Assembly: GCA_965215605.1 (NCBI GenBank)
Contig: OZ244070.1
Coordinates: forward strand, 800,001-864,000
Length of the DNA: 64,000 nucleotides
Origin: an uncultured Candidatus Binatia bacterium
Lineage (GTDB): Bacteria > Desulfobacterota > Binatia > UBA9968 > JAJDTQ01
Reading direction: 5' to 3'
The notes beneath the pieces were generated by a model. The model had not been told where the DNA came from. It ran no database searches and was given only the letters and a program-made list of their open reading frames with translations. Positions 10,527 through 19,578 of the stretch are shown piece after piece. Position numbers and translations under genes: made by a program. Within the stretch, counting starts at the first letter, position 1. Every line of letters starts with the position of its first letter.

Positions 10527-11645
10527 ATGATCGTAATCGACGCCGACGCGCACGTGGAAGAGTCTCCGGCCACCTTCGCCGACGCCTACCTGGACCCGGC
10601 CTACCGGAAACGCAGGCCACAGGTGGTCAACTCCGAGGGGCGGCTCTACTGGCGCGTGGAGGACCAGATCTACCCCCGCCTGTTCGGACGCGGCTGCCAC
10701 AACATGGGAACGCCGGCTCACTACGAGGGCCAGCGTTCCTTCTATACCGCCTCCAAGCCGGAAAGCATCGAGAGCATCGAGATCAGCCAGCCGGAGGCCC
10801 GCCTCAAGGACATGGCCGACGAGGACCTGGGGGTGCAGGTCATCTATCCGAGCTTCTTCCTGGTCCATCCGCTGGTGGACGACCCGGAGCTCGGCGCGGC
10901 CCTGTGCGGCTCCTACAACCGCTGGCTCGCGGACGCCACGGGCTCCACCGACCAGCTCCACTGGGCCGCGGTGGTGGATCTGAACAACGTTCCCGCCTCC
11001 GTGGAGCAGGTGCGCGAGGCCAAGCGCCTGGGGGCGGTGGCGGTGATGATCCTCGGCACCGTGGGCGAGCGCACCCTGGACCACCCGAGCCTCTTCCCGT
11101 TCTACGAAGCCCTGGCGGAGGAGGACCTGACGCTGGCCGTCCACGTGGGCTGGTCCTGCCCGCCGCTGAGCAACATGTACGACCACCTGTACCCCGGCAC
11201 CATCATTCCATTCATGGTGCCGTTGCTCATGGGATTCACGGCCATGATCACCGGCGGCGTCCTGGACCGCTTCCCGACCCTGCGGGTGGCGTTCCTGGAA
11301 GCCGGCTGCCTGTGGGTCCACTTCCTCATGGACCGGCTGGAGCACCGCTTCGCCTTCACCAACCGCTTCGGCAAGTCCATACCCGAGGCGGCGCCCCGGG
11401 CCGCCGTATCCCCCGCGGAGTACATGAGCCGCGGCAACCTCTTCCTCAGCACCGAGGTGGAAGACCCGCTGCTGCCGCAGGTGCTGGACCTCGTCGGCGA
11501 AGACCGCATCGTCTTCGGCTCGGACATGCCCCACGGCGACCGGGACCGGTTCGCGGTGCGGGAGTTCCGCGGACGGAACGACATCAGCGAATCGGCCAGG
11601 GAGAAGATCCTCAACGCCAATCCGAAACGGCTCTACGGTATCTGA
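10527..11645 (+). CDS. Amidohydrolase_2 family metal-dependent hydrolase/decarboxylase
   Basis: IDADAHVEE, YNRWLAD, VHVG, GVLDRFPTLRVAFLEAG, FGSDMPHGD and KILNANPKRLY motifs. Confidence 0.9.
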   Translation: MIVIDADAHVEESPATFADAYLDPAYRKRRPQVVNSEGRLYWRVEDQIYPRLFGRGCHNMGTPAHYEGQRSFYTASKPESIESIEISQPEARLKDMADEDLGVQVIYPSFFLVHPLVDDPELGAALCGSYNRWLADATGSTDQLHWAAVVDLNNVPASVEQVREAKRLGAVAVMILGTVGERTLDHPSLFPFYEALAEEDLTLAVHVGWSCPPLSNMYDHLYPGTIIPFMVPLLMGFTAMITGGVLDRFPTLRVAFLEAGCLWVHFLMDRLEHRFAFTNRFGKSIPEAAPRAAVSPAEYMSRGNLFLSTEVEDPLLPQVLDLVGEDRIVFGSDMPHGDRDRFAVREFRGRNDISESAREKILNANPKRLYGI

Positions 11646-11697
11646 CCGAAGGCCGCGGACCCTGGTGTCCTGTCCGTCTATCCGGAACAACGTGGGG

Positions 11698-12135
11698 TCA
11701 CCAGGGCAGCAACAGGCCCCTGTACAATGGGAGGTAAAGGTAGACCACGGCGACATGCAGCAACGCCGCGCACACCACCGCGGCACCCACCGCGGCGGCC
11801 CAGCCGACCCGCGCTTCCAGCCGGTAGTAACCCAACACCGCCAGGGGCAGTCCCCATCGGAAGCCCATCAGCAGGACCAGCGCGAAGAACACTCCGATCC
11901 ATGCGAACGCGGCGCGGGCCCGGGCCGTGTCCTCGGCCCTCGCCCCGTCAGTCCGGGCGGCTGTCGACCTCCAGTGCAACACGTCGCCCGCCAGGCTCCA
12001 AACCGCCAGTCCCAGCCCGGCGGCCCCGATAAGCAACGGGAACGTGGCGGTTTCGGGCTCCCACTGAAGTGTCGTGAGGATGATGCCGGCGAACAAGGCG
12101 GCGACGATGCCGCCCAGGACGATCTCGCGGAGCAC
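11698..12135 (-). CDS. tctB: Tripartite tricarboxylate transporter small membrane subunit TctB
   Basis: About four hydrophobic segments and FPLLIG; GTG start overlaps the tctA stop. Confidence 0.75.
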   Translation of the reverse strand: MLREIVLGGIVAALFAGIILTTLQWEPETATFPLLIGAAGLGLAVWSLAGDVLHWRSTAARTDGARAEDTARARAAFAWIGVFFALVLLMGFRWGLPLAVLGYYRLEARVGWAAAVGAAVVCAALLHVAVVYLYLPLYRGLLLPW

Positions 12136-13604
12136 TAGCGCCCCCTCCCGCGGACCGCCACGAAGACCACCAGCATCATCACGGCGATGCAGACCAGCGG
12201 GATCGGCCGGGTGAGAAACGCCACGCCGTAGCTCGCCAGCGAGATGGCCAGATTGTTCTCGGCCAGCGGACCCAGGATAAAACCCACCAGCAGCGGCGCC
12301 CGGGCCCAATCGAACCGCATCATCAGATACCCCAGCACGCCGAACAACAGGGTGAGGACGAGCGTGTACGGGTGGGGGTAGGCGACATAGGCGCCGAACA
12401 GCACGAACAGCAGCAACGCCGGGATCAACAGGTTGCTCTTGAGGAAGGCGATGCGCGCGGCGGGGCGGGTGACGGCGATGCACACGGCGGTGGCCAGCAG
12501 GTTCGACAGCACCAGCACGAGGACCATGGAAAAGCTGAGGGACAGTTTCTCGCCCAGCATCTCGGGGCCGGGATTGACGCCCAGAATCAGGAACGCCGCC
12601 AGCAGGATGGCGGACGTCGCCCCGCCGGGAACGCCGAACGCCAGCAGCGGCACCAACTCGCCGCCCGCCGAGGCGTTGTTGGCGCTCTCGGGCGCGATGA
12701 CGCCCTTGATCTCGCCCTTGCCGAACCGTTCGCGCTCGGCGCCTTCGGCCCCCTGGACCGCCATGCCATAGGCATAGAAGGCCGCGGCCGTGCCGCCAAT
12801 GCCCGGGATGGCGCCGCCCACCACCCCCACCACCGCGCTCCGCACCACCAGCCACCGGTTGGCGATGCAGGCCCGGAGTCCGGGCCGGAACCCTTCGCCC
12901 ATGTCCACGTGCGTACGTTCCGCGATGCGCCCGCGTATGGCCAGTGACACCACCTCCGGCAACGCGAACAGCCCCATGATGATGGGCACGGTGTGGAGCC
13001 CATCGAGCAGGTAATCCGAGCCGAAGGTAAACCGCGCCACCCCCAGTTGCGGGTCCTGGCCGACGGTGCCGAGCCACAGGCCCAAGGCGCCCGCCATCAG
13101 CCCCTTGATCGGCTTCGCGCCGCTCAGGAAACTGATCATCAGGATACCCAGGACCACCAGCATGAAGCGTTCCGGCGCGGCGAAGGCCAGCACCACCGGC
13201 TGCAGCGCGGGCAACGCCGCCAACAGCACCAGCGCGCCGATGATGCCGCCGACGGCGGAGACCATGAAGGCCGCGGTGAGGCCGCGGGCGGCATCGCCGT
13301 TGCGTGCCATGGGGTAACCGTCCAGGATGGTGGCAGCCGCGCTGGGGCTGCCGGGCACGTTGAAGAAGAACGCGGGGAAGGTGTTGGAGGTATGCACCGC
13401 CGACACCAGTGAGAGCATGATCGCGAACGCCACGAAGGGGGACAGGCTCCAGACGAACGGGAGCAGCAGCACGATGCCGAGGACCGCATTCAGGCCCGGC
13501 ACCGCGCCGAAGACGAGCCCCAGCAGCAACCCCAGCAGAACCCCGCCAAGCACCGGCAGGGTGAAGGTGATGGCGAGGGCCTCGAAGAACGCCTCAAGAG
13601 CCAT
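12135..13604 (-). CDS. tctA: Tripartite tricarboxylate transporter permease TctA
   Basis: GAVPGL, NVPGSPSAAATILDGYPMA, APESANNA and LAFGVPG motifs. Confidence 0.93.
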   Translation of the reverse strand: MALEAFFEALAITFTLPVLGGVLLGLLLGLVFGAVPGLNAVLGIVLLLPFVWSLSPFVAFAIMLSLVSAVHTSNTFPAFFFNVPGSPSAAATILDGYPMARNGDAARGLTAAFMVSAVGGIIGALVLLAALPALQPVVLAFAAPERFMLVVLGILMISFLSGAKPIKGLMAGALGLWLGTVGQDPQLGVARFTFGSDYLLDGLHTVPIIMGLFALPEVVSLAIRGRIAERTHVDMGEGFRPGLRACIANRWLVVRSAVVGVVGGAIPGIGGTAAAFYAYGMAVQGAEGAERERFGKGEIKGVIAPESANNASAGGELVPLLAFGVPGGATSAILLAAFLILGVNPGPEMLGEKLSLSFSMVLVLVLSNLLATAVCIAVTRPAARIAFLKSNLLIPALLLFVLFGAYVAYPHPYTLVLTLLFGVLGYLMMRFDWARAPLLVGFILGPLAENNLAISLASYGVAFLTRPIPLVCIAVMMLVVFVAVRGRGR

Positions 13605-13656
13605 TGCGTGGAAGCGCGCCGCGCGCTACGGACGCGGGCCGCTCATTTCCATGGCG

Positions 13657-14703
13657 CTATTTCAACAGCGTCTTCAACCGGTCCTGGATGTCCACGGGGA
13701 GGTTGAAGACCGAGAGGATAAGCTTCTCCGCCTCCTGGGCATTCAGGGTGTTCAGCACGAACCCTTGGTCGGTGGCGGTCTTCCTGAACTCGGGATCGGC
13801 CATCATGTCCGCCATGGCCTTCTTGAGGATGGCGGCCCGCTCCGCCGGCAGTCCCGGCGTGGCCCCGAACGGCCGGCTGGCGCTCAGGAGCCCCGAGAAC
13901 GCCACCCAGGCGTCACGGTCCTTGGGATCGTCGATGCCGTCGACGAACTTCGGAAGCGCCGCAACCTCCGCCTTGAGGGGGTCCGGAGGCGGGGCGCCGC
14001 CCATGGACAGGACCAGCTTGATGGTGCCGTCCTTCTGCATCTCCCGGGTCGCAGAATTGACCATGACGGCGGACCCGGCCGTCGACACGGCGTCCACCTC
14101 GTTCTGCTTCATGGCCAGCGCCATGGGGTTGTAGCCCTTGTAGCCCGCCACCAGCCGGATGTTGAACTTGCCGGCGCGTTGCAGGAACTTGGGCGCCTGG
14201 GTGAGCAGCGAACTCGGCCCCGACGCGCCGACACGGATGGGCGTCTTGGCGTTCTTGAAGTCCGCGATGGTGCGCTCGGGCCGGTTCGACCGAAGCGCGA
14301 AGATGTAGTGCGCGCCGCCCACGCTGCCGAGCCACGTCAGCTTCTTGAAGTCGATGTCCTTGATGCCGCCGGTGAGGCTTCGCACCACCATGGGACTGGT
14401 GAAGTGGATCAGCGACAGGCCGTCGGGCTCGGCCCTGTAAACGGACCGCAGCCCGATGACGCCGCCGGCGCCGGGGCGGTTGTGCACGATGGCGGCCGGA
14501 TTTCCGGGAATGTGCCTGGGCAGGAACTTCGCCGCCAGCCGCGACATGCGATCGTAGGTGCCGCCCGTGGAATAGGGACAAACGATGGTGATGGTCTTGC
14601 CGGCGTAGAAGTCCGCCGCTCCCGCCAGGGAGCCGGCGAACATCAAGGCGGCAACGGCGGCGACAAACGTGATCCCGCGAATGGTTCGATAAGTCTTCAT
14701 CAT
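13657..14703 (-). CDS. tctC: Tripartite tricarboxylate transporter substrate-binding protein TctC (Bug family)
   Basis: Signal peptide; FYAGKTITIVCPYSTGGTYD, NRPGAGG and GYKG motifs. Confidence 0.9.
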   Translation of the reverse strand: MMKTYRTIRGITFVAAVAALMFAGSLAGAADFYAGKTITIVCPYSTGGTYDRMSRLAAKFLPRHIPGNPAAIVHNRPGAGGVIGLRSVYRAEPDGLSLIHFTSPMVVRSLTGGIKDIDFKKLTWLGSVGGAHYIFALRSNRPERTIADFKNAKTPIRVGASGPSSLLTQAPKFLQRAGKFNIRLVAGYKGYNPMALAMKQNEVDAVSTAGSAVMVNSATREMQKDGTIKLVLSMGGAPPPDPLKAEVAALPKFVDGIDDPKDRDAWVAFSGLLSASRPFGATPGLPAERAAILKKAMADMMADPEFRKTATDQGFVLNTLNAQEAEKLILSVFNLPVDIQDRLKTLLK

Positions 14704-14816
14704 GCCCTCCTGTGTGTGAAGTTCACGAAGTTGGTGGGACACGACATAGGCCTATCCCACCGGCAGGTGAACCGCAACCACCGGCCGCCCACGCCGCGGC
14801 ATCCATGTCTTCTTGG

Positions 14817-16664
14817 TCAGGATCGGGCGGGCGGGCGCCCGCGGTCCAGCGGAACGTACCGGGGCCAGCCGCCCGACACGACGGTATCGAGGGAACGGGT
14901 GGGCTGTCCGAACCGGATCCGGTAGATCCACAGGTTGGTCAGCACCCGCTCGATGAAGATGCGGGTTTCCCGGCTGGGGATGCTTTCGATGAACAGCAGC
15001 GGATCGTCGCGGTAGTCGACCTTGCGCTGCCATTTCCGGAGCCTCGCGGGGCCGCTGTTGTACGCCGACAACGCGTAGAAGAGGTTGCCTTCGATGCCCT
15101 CCCGCGACAGCAGGTAGCGAAGATACTTCTGGCCCAGGGTGAGGTTGAGCACCGGGTCCATCAGCTCCTGGCTATGCGCGCCCCGATAGCGCCGTCCCGC
15201 CATGACAGCCGCGGTCCGGGGCATGAGCTGCATCAACCCGTGGGCGCCGCGGGGGCTCCGGGCCCAGGCCCGGAAATTGGACTCCTGCCGCATCACCGCG
15301 AACAGGAAGGCCCGGTCCAGGGTATAACCGCCGTCGGGCTCCCAGATGGGCAACGGGTAGAGCGCCGAGTCCACCGGGATGCCGGTCCGCGACAGCAGGC
15401 TTTCGGCCGTGCGGTAGGACAGGTCCGCCAATCCCGATTCGGAGGCCAGCGACAGCATCACCAAGGCCAAACGGGGGGACAGACGGTGGGCGAACCGGCG
15501 GAGTTCGGCCCCCGCCCGGACGTGTTCGCCCACCTGACTCAGGGCCACGGAGCGGCGCACCGGCTTCATCGCCATCAACGCTTCAAGGTCGGCGGCGCTG
15601 AGCCGGCGCATGCCGAAATCGAGGGACGGCTGTTTGCCCAGAGCGGTGATGGCCAACAGCCCGTAGAACGTACGCGGATGGCGCGCGGCCGCGTGCAGCA
15701 TCAGGGCCGCCCGGCGGGAGTCGCCGGCGGCCCGGTAAGCGCGGCTGGCCCAGTAGCCCCCCGCCGATACCAGCCAAGGCGTCACGGACTTCGACTCCGC
15801 CAGCACGCCGAAGAGCCCCGCGGCACGGCGATACTCACCCAGACGCCACGCGGCGAGACCACCCCACCAGTATCCCAGTGGGACCCGTTCGCCCGACCCG
15901 GCCGCCACCCGGACCGCCGCCTTCAGCGCCTCACGGTCCTTGTTCCAGAAGAAGTAGCCCCTGGCCACCCATGCGAGGCTCTCATCGAAGCTCGTGGCGT
16001 CCAAAAGACCGTCCCGGCGCCGTCCTTCCAGGAACTCGATGGCCTCGGTCACATGGCCTTCCGACACCAACTCCCGGACCCGCTGCTGGATCTCGCGCAC
16101 ATCTGGCGACCGGGACCTGGAGCGACCCTCCGGATCCGGAACGATCCGCCGCCGGCCGTTGCTGCGCGGATGCAACACCGCCGGCAACGGGTCGGATTTG
16201 ACCTCGGACACCAGCACGCCCCGGGCGGGAGCCCGTGGCGACTTCCAGCCGTCGGGTTGGCGCCGCTTCGCCAGCCGGAAGATTCGCCGTGCGCCGGGAT
16301 GGTCGGCGTACTGCTCCATCCACGTCCACAGCTCCCCATAGGAAGAACGGTATAGAGTCGGGTGCATCAAGCGCTGAAACCGGACGTGACCCATGAGGAT
16401 ACGATCCTGTATCCGCTTGATCAGCGAGTCGGCCTCGTCCCAGCGCCCTTCCTTCTGCAGCACGAACACGCTCCGGTAGAAGGCGGCGTCGCGCTTCGAC
16501 AGAAGCTTCGGCACGTTGGACTGCGGGCGCGTTTGGACGCCCGGCACCCGTAGCGATGCCGTGTTGACTCCCGAACGCGATTGCGCGGCCGCGGTCCAGG
16601 CACCAAAGGCACTCGCCCCCAGCGCCAAGGCCATGGCCGTCGCGACTGTCTTCTTGTGCTCCAC
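14817..16664 (-). CDS. Soluble lytic murein transglycosylase (SLT domain)
   Basis: Signal peptide; C-terminal RQES, GLMQLMPRTA, AYNSGP and FIESIPSRETR motifs. Confidence 0.9.
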   Translation of the reverse strand: MEHKKTVATAMALALGASAFGAWTAAAQSRSGVNTASLRVPGVQTRPQSNVPKLLSKRDAAFYRSVFVLQKEGRWDEADSLIKRIQDRILMGHVRFQRLMHPTLYRSSYGELWTWMEQYADHPGARRIFRLAKRRQPDGWKSPRAPARGVLVSEVKSDPLPAVLHPRSNGRRRIVPDPEGRSRSRSPDVREIQQRVRELVSEGHVTEAIEFLEGRRRDGLLDATSFDESLAWVARGYFFWNKDREALKAAVRVAAGSGERVPLGYWWGGLAAWRLGEYRRAAGLFGVLAESKSVTPWLVSAGGYWASRAYRAAGDSRRAALMLHAAARHPRTFYGLLAITALGKQPSLDFGMRRLSAADLEALMAMKPVRRSVALSQVGEHVRAGAELRRFAHRLSPRLALVMLSLASESGLADLSYRTAESLLSRTGIPVDSALYPLPIWEPDGGYTLDRAFLFAVMRQESNFRAWARSPRGAHGLMQLMPRTAAVMAGRRYRGAHSQELMDPVLNLTLGQKYLRYLLSREGIEGNLFYALSAYNSGPARLRKWQRKVDYRDDPLLFIESIPSRETRIFIERVLTNLWIYRIRFGQPTRSLDTVVSGGWPRYVPLDRGRPPARS

Positions 16665-16856
16665 GTTTCCTCTTCCGAACGTAAACGGCCACAGGGCCGT
16701 GTCCTGACTATTGCAAATGTACACCAGTTTCAAGCGATTTCCGAATTATCTCCAGCCGGGTCGAGGGCATGCTTTCGCGGGAATGACGTTCGTAGAAATG
16801 CGTTGGATCACTCTTCACCGTCCTTTTTGCAACATTGGGGTTGACCAGGCAGGACA

Positions 16857-18386
16857 CTAGCGGAGGGAGCGCAACCGGCCTTCCACCCGCGGCGAGACGA
16901 CGCCCCGGGCGGCGATGAAGTCCATCACCTGGGTGGCCACCAGCCTTGCGGCTCGGGCCTCGACGAGCGGCTTTCCGCCGGCAAGCGCGCGGTAACCATC
17001 CCCGCCGCCCGCCATGAAGTCATTGGTAGCCACGGTGTAGGTTGCCTCCGGATCGAGCGTCGCGCCGTCGCGGCGGATCTCGACGACCCGCTCGCCCGGG
17101 GACCGGCGGGGATCGTAGACCACCTGGAGGCCCGAGACCTGGGGGAACCGGCCGCCTCTCTTCTCAATGGCGCTGAAGCCGTTTTCGAGGGCCGCCCGAA
17201 GCTCACGGCCGGTCAACTCCAGCAACACCGTCCGGTCGCCGAAGGGCAGCTCGCTCAGAATGTCCCGGCGGGTCAACTTCGTGCCCGGCGGATAGACCTT
17301 GTCGGCGCGAATCCCGCCCCCGTTGGTCAGGGCGACGTCGGCGCCCACCGCATGGCGCATGGCATCCGCGACCAGGTTCCCGATGGCCGTCTCCCGCGTG
17401 CGGACCATGGCCCGGCGGCTGTCGATCTCTGTCTCGGTGGCGCCGATCTCGACGTCAAGCTCCCGCGACAGACGGGAGCCATAGGCCCGCACCGCCGCGG
17501 CCAGTTCCGGATCCGGGGCTACGCGGCCGGTATGGACGGCGCGAAACGCCGGACTCCACGCAAACCGCTTTCCGCGCCCGGACATCACCTCGTCCAGCGT
17601 GAGCTCGATGACCGTGACCCAGTCCGCCTGCTGCCCCGATTCGGCGAACAGCACCCGGCCGTCGTAGTCCAGCCGCAGCCGGTGGTCGTCCCCGCTCAGC
17701 AGAATATCCACCGCTCCCTGCTCCAGCAACGCCTCGTCTTCCTCCAAGTCGGTATGGGCCAGCGCAATCACCAGGTGCGCGCCCGCCGCCCGCAGCGCCG
17801 CCGCCTGGGCCGCGGCCGTCTCGAGGACCGGGATAAAGGTGACCGCGCCCGGGCTCGACTTGACCGCGGTGTCCGCGGTGGTGAGACCGAAGAGGCCCAC
17901 CCTGAACCGCCCTGCGTCCACCATGATCGCCGCCCGGGCTCCGTCGACGATCTCGCCGTCGGCATCGATGTTGTTGGCGCCCAGGATCGGGAAGGCGGCC
18001 TCGGAGAAGCGCTGCCTGGCCACCTCCGGCCCGAAGTCGTACTCGTGATTGCCGACGGCCATGGCCGTGAGACCGATCCGGTTGAGGAGATCGATCATGT
18101 GGGCGCCCTTGTCGAAGGCCGACATCAGCGAAGGCGAGATGGCGTCGCCGGCGAAGGTCACCACGACGTTGGCGCGACGCGCGCGTTCCGCCCGCACCAC
18201 CGCCGCCAGACGGGCGATGCCGCCTTGGCCACCCTCTTCTTCCATGCGGTCCAGGTCGTTGAAGTGAACGATGGTAAGTTCCACCGGCTCAGCGTGGGCC
18301 AAGCTCGCGGCAGACACGACCACGGACAGCACCAGGCCGGCCCATGCGGGGAAGACCCGTCTCGGTTCCGGTTTCATGGGGGTCAT
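16857..18386 (-). CDS. Periplasmic 5'-nucleotidase / metallophosphatase (UshA-like)
   Basis: HFND, AGDAISPS, GNHEYDFG, NGGGIR, LPFGD and FPQVSG motifs; signal peptide. Confidence 0.9.
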   Translation of the reverse strand: MTPMKPEPRRVFPAWAGLVLSVVVSAASLAHAEPVELTIVHFNDLDRMEEEGGQGGIARLAAVVRAERARRANVVVTFAGDAISPSLMSAFDKGAHMIDLLNRIGLTAMAVGNHEYDFGPEVARQRFSEAAFPILGANNIDADGEIVDGARAAIMVDAGRFRVGLFGLTTADTAVKSSPGAVTFIPVLETAAAQAAALRAAGAHLVIALAHTDLEEDEALLEQGAVDILLSGDDHRLRLDYDGRVLFAESGQQADWVTVIELTLDEVMSGRGKRFAWSPAFRAVHTGRVAPDPELAAAVRAYGSRLSRELDVEIGATETEIDSRRAMVRTRETAIGNLVADAMRHAVGADVALTNGGGIRADKVYPPGTKLTRRDILSELPFGDRTVLLELTGRELRAALENGFSAIEKRGGRFPQVSGLQVVYDPRRSPGERVVEIRRDGATLDPEATYTVATNDFMAGGGDGYRALAGGKPLVEARAARLVATQVMDFIAARGVVSPRVEGRLRSLR

Positions 18387-18390
18387 TCCC

Positions 18391-19578
18391 TCACGGCTGA
18401 CCCTGAAGCTCGTCAAAAGCGCGGGATTCGTGCCAGCGCCGGCTTACGATCAGCTTGCCTTCCCGGGACAGCCGCTTGCGAAAACCCAGCAAGTGGAACA
18501 GCTCGACCACGAACCACCGGGCGACGCGCGGGTCCACGACAAGGGTTCCCGGCGTGTCCTGGTATCTCCGCACCCCCGGCAACGCCGGCAGCAGTCGCTC
18601 GATACGCAGGCGGCGCAGCCAACTGGCGAGCCGCAACCAGAACGGCCGGACCCGTCTCACGAGGAAGAAACCGTCGGTCCCTTGTCCCTGGTAGAGCGGC
18701 ATGAGGATCTGTCCGGATTCGCCGGCGCGGATCGGCCCCCGGCGATCGCGGGCCAGGATCTGACCGCGCTCGACGGGCTGGAAGTTCGTGAACCCGGGCT
18801 CCATGACGAATTCGTCGTCTTTCCGGATCACATGATGATAGCGGATCTCCACCACCGGCGAAGGCGCGTCCGAGTCCGGGTTTTCGCTGCCGGGGACCGG
18901 CAGCGGCAGGTCTTCGGCGCGGATGCAGCCCGCGGTCGCCAGCATCGTCCGGATGGCTTCCATGTGGATGGACACCGCCGACGGCGAGTCGTTCTGCCCC
19001 CCTTCGAAGCCCACGGCCACGTGCCCCTCTTCGCCCAGATGGTTCAGGATGGTGCTCTCCAGACGCTCTTCGAGGCCCAGCACCACCGGGGCGCGGAGGC
19101 GGAAGGCGAACCGGCGATTCAGCAGCGTGTCGCCGATGACCACGAACGGGGTGCCGGCGGCCGAGGTGGTGTGCAGATCCAGGCACACCACCGGTCCCCG
19201 GCGCCGCGCCAGCTCCGCGTCCAGGGACGCCAGCAGGTCGCGCTGCTCGAGCTCCTCGGAGGTGGCGTCCGGGGCTGCGCGGCGGCCGCTCACCCGGATG
19301 ACGCGTTCGCGCGACCACGCGCGATTGAAGTCTTCGTCGATGTAACGGCAACCGCGGGCCAAGGCCGCGCGGTTGCCGGCAAGCCCGACGAAGGAGCCCC
19401 GGAACGGCGCCTCGGCCGCGCGCAGGGCCTGCAGCACCTGTTGGAGCGCCAGCGCGCCCGCCGGTTCGTTGCCGTGCATGCCGCCGATCCCGATCACGAG
19501 GGGGCCCGGGGCATCGCCGCCGTAGCTGCCCAGAACCCGCGGGAAAACGTGCCCGGCGCCAGGGGAATCAGCCGCCAT
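18391..19578 (-). CDS. Succinylglutamate desuccinylase / aspartoacylase family (M14-like) protein
   Basis: GGMHGNEPAG, DFNR, LDLHTTS and FEGGQ motifs. Confidence 0.88.
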   Translation of the reverse strand: MAADSPGAGHVFPRVLGSYGGDAPGPLVIGIGGMHGNEPAGALALQQVLQALRAAEAPFRGSFVGLAGNRAALARGCRYIDEDFNRAWSRERVIRVSGRRAAPDATSEELEQRDLLASLDAELARRRGPVVCLDLHTTSAAGTPFVVIGDTLLNRRFAFRLRAPVVLGLEERLESTILNHLGEEGHVAVGFEGGQNDSPSAVSIHMEAIRTMLATAGCIRAEDLPLPVPGSENPDSDAPSPVVEIRYHHVIRKDDEFVMEPGFTNFQPVERGQILARDRRGPIRAGESGQILMPLYQGQGTDGFFLVRRVRPFWLRLASWLRRLRIERLLPALPGVRRYQDTPGTLVVDPRVARWFVVELFHLLGFRKRLSREGKLIVSRRWHESRAFDELQGQP

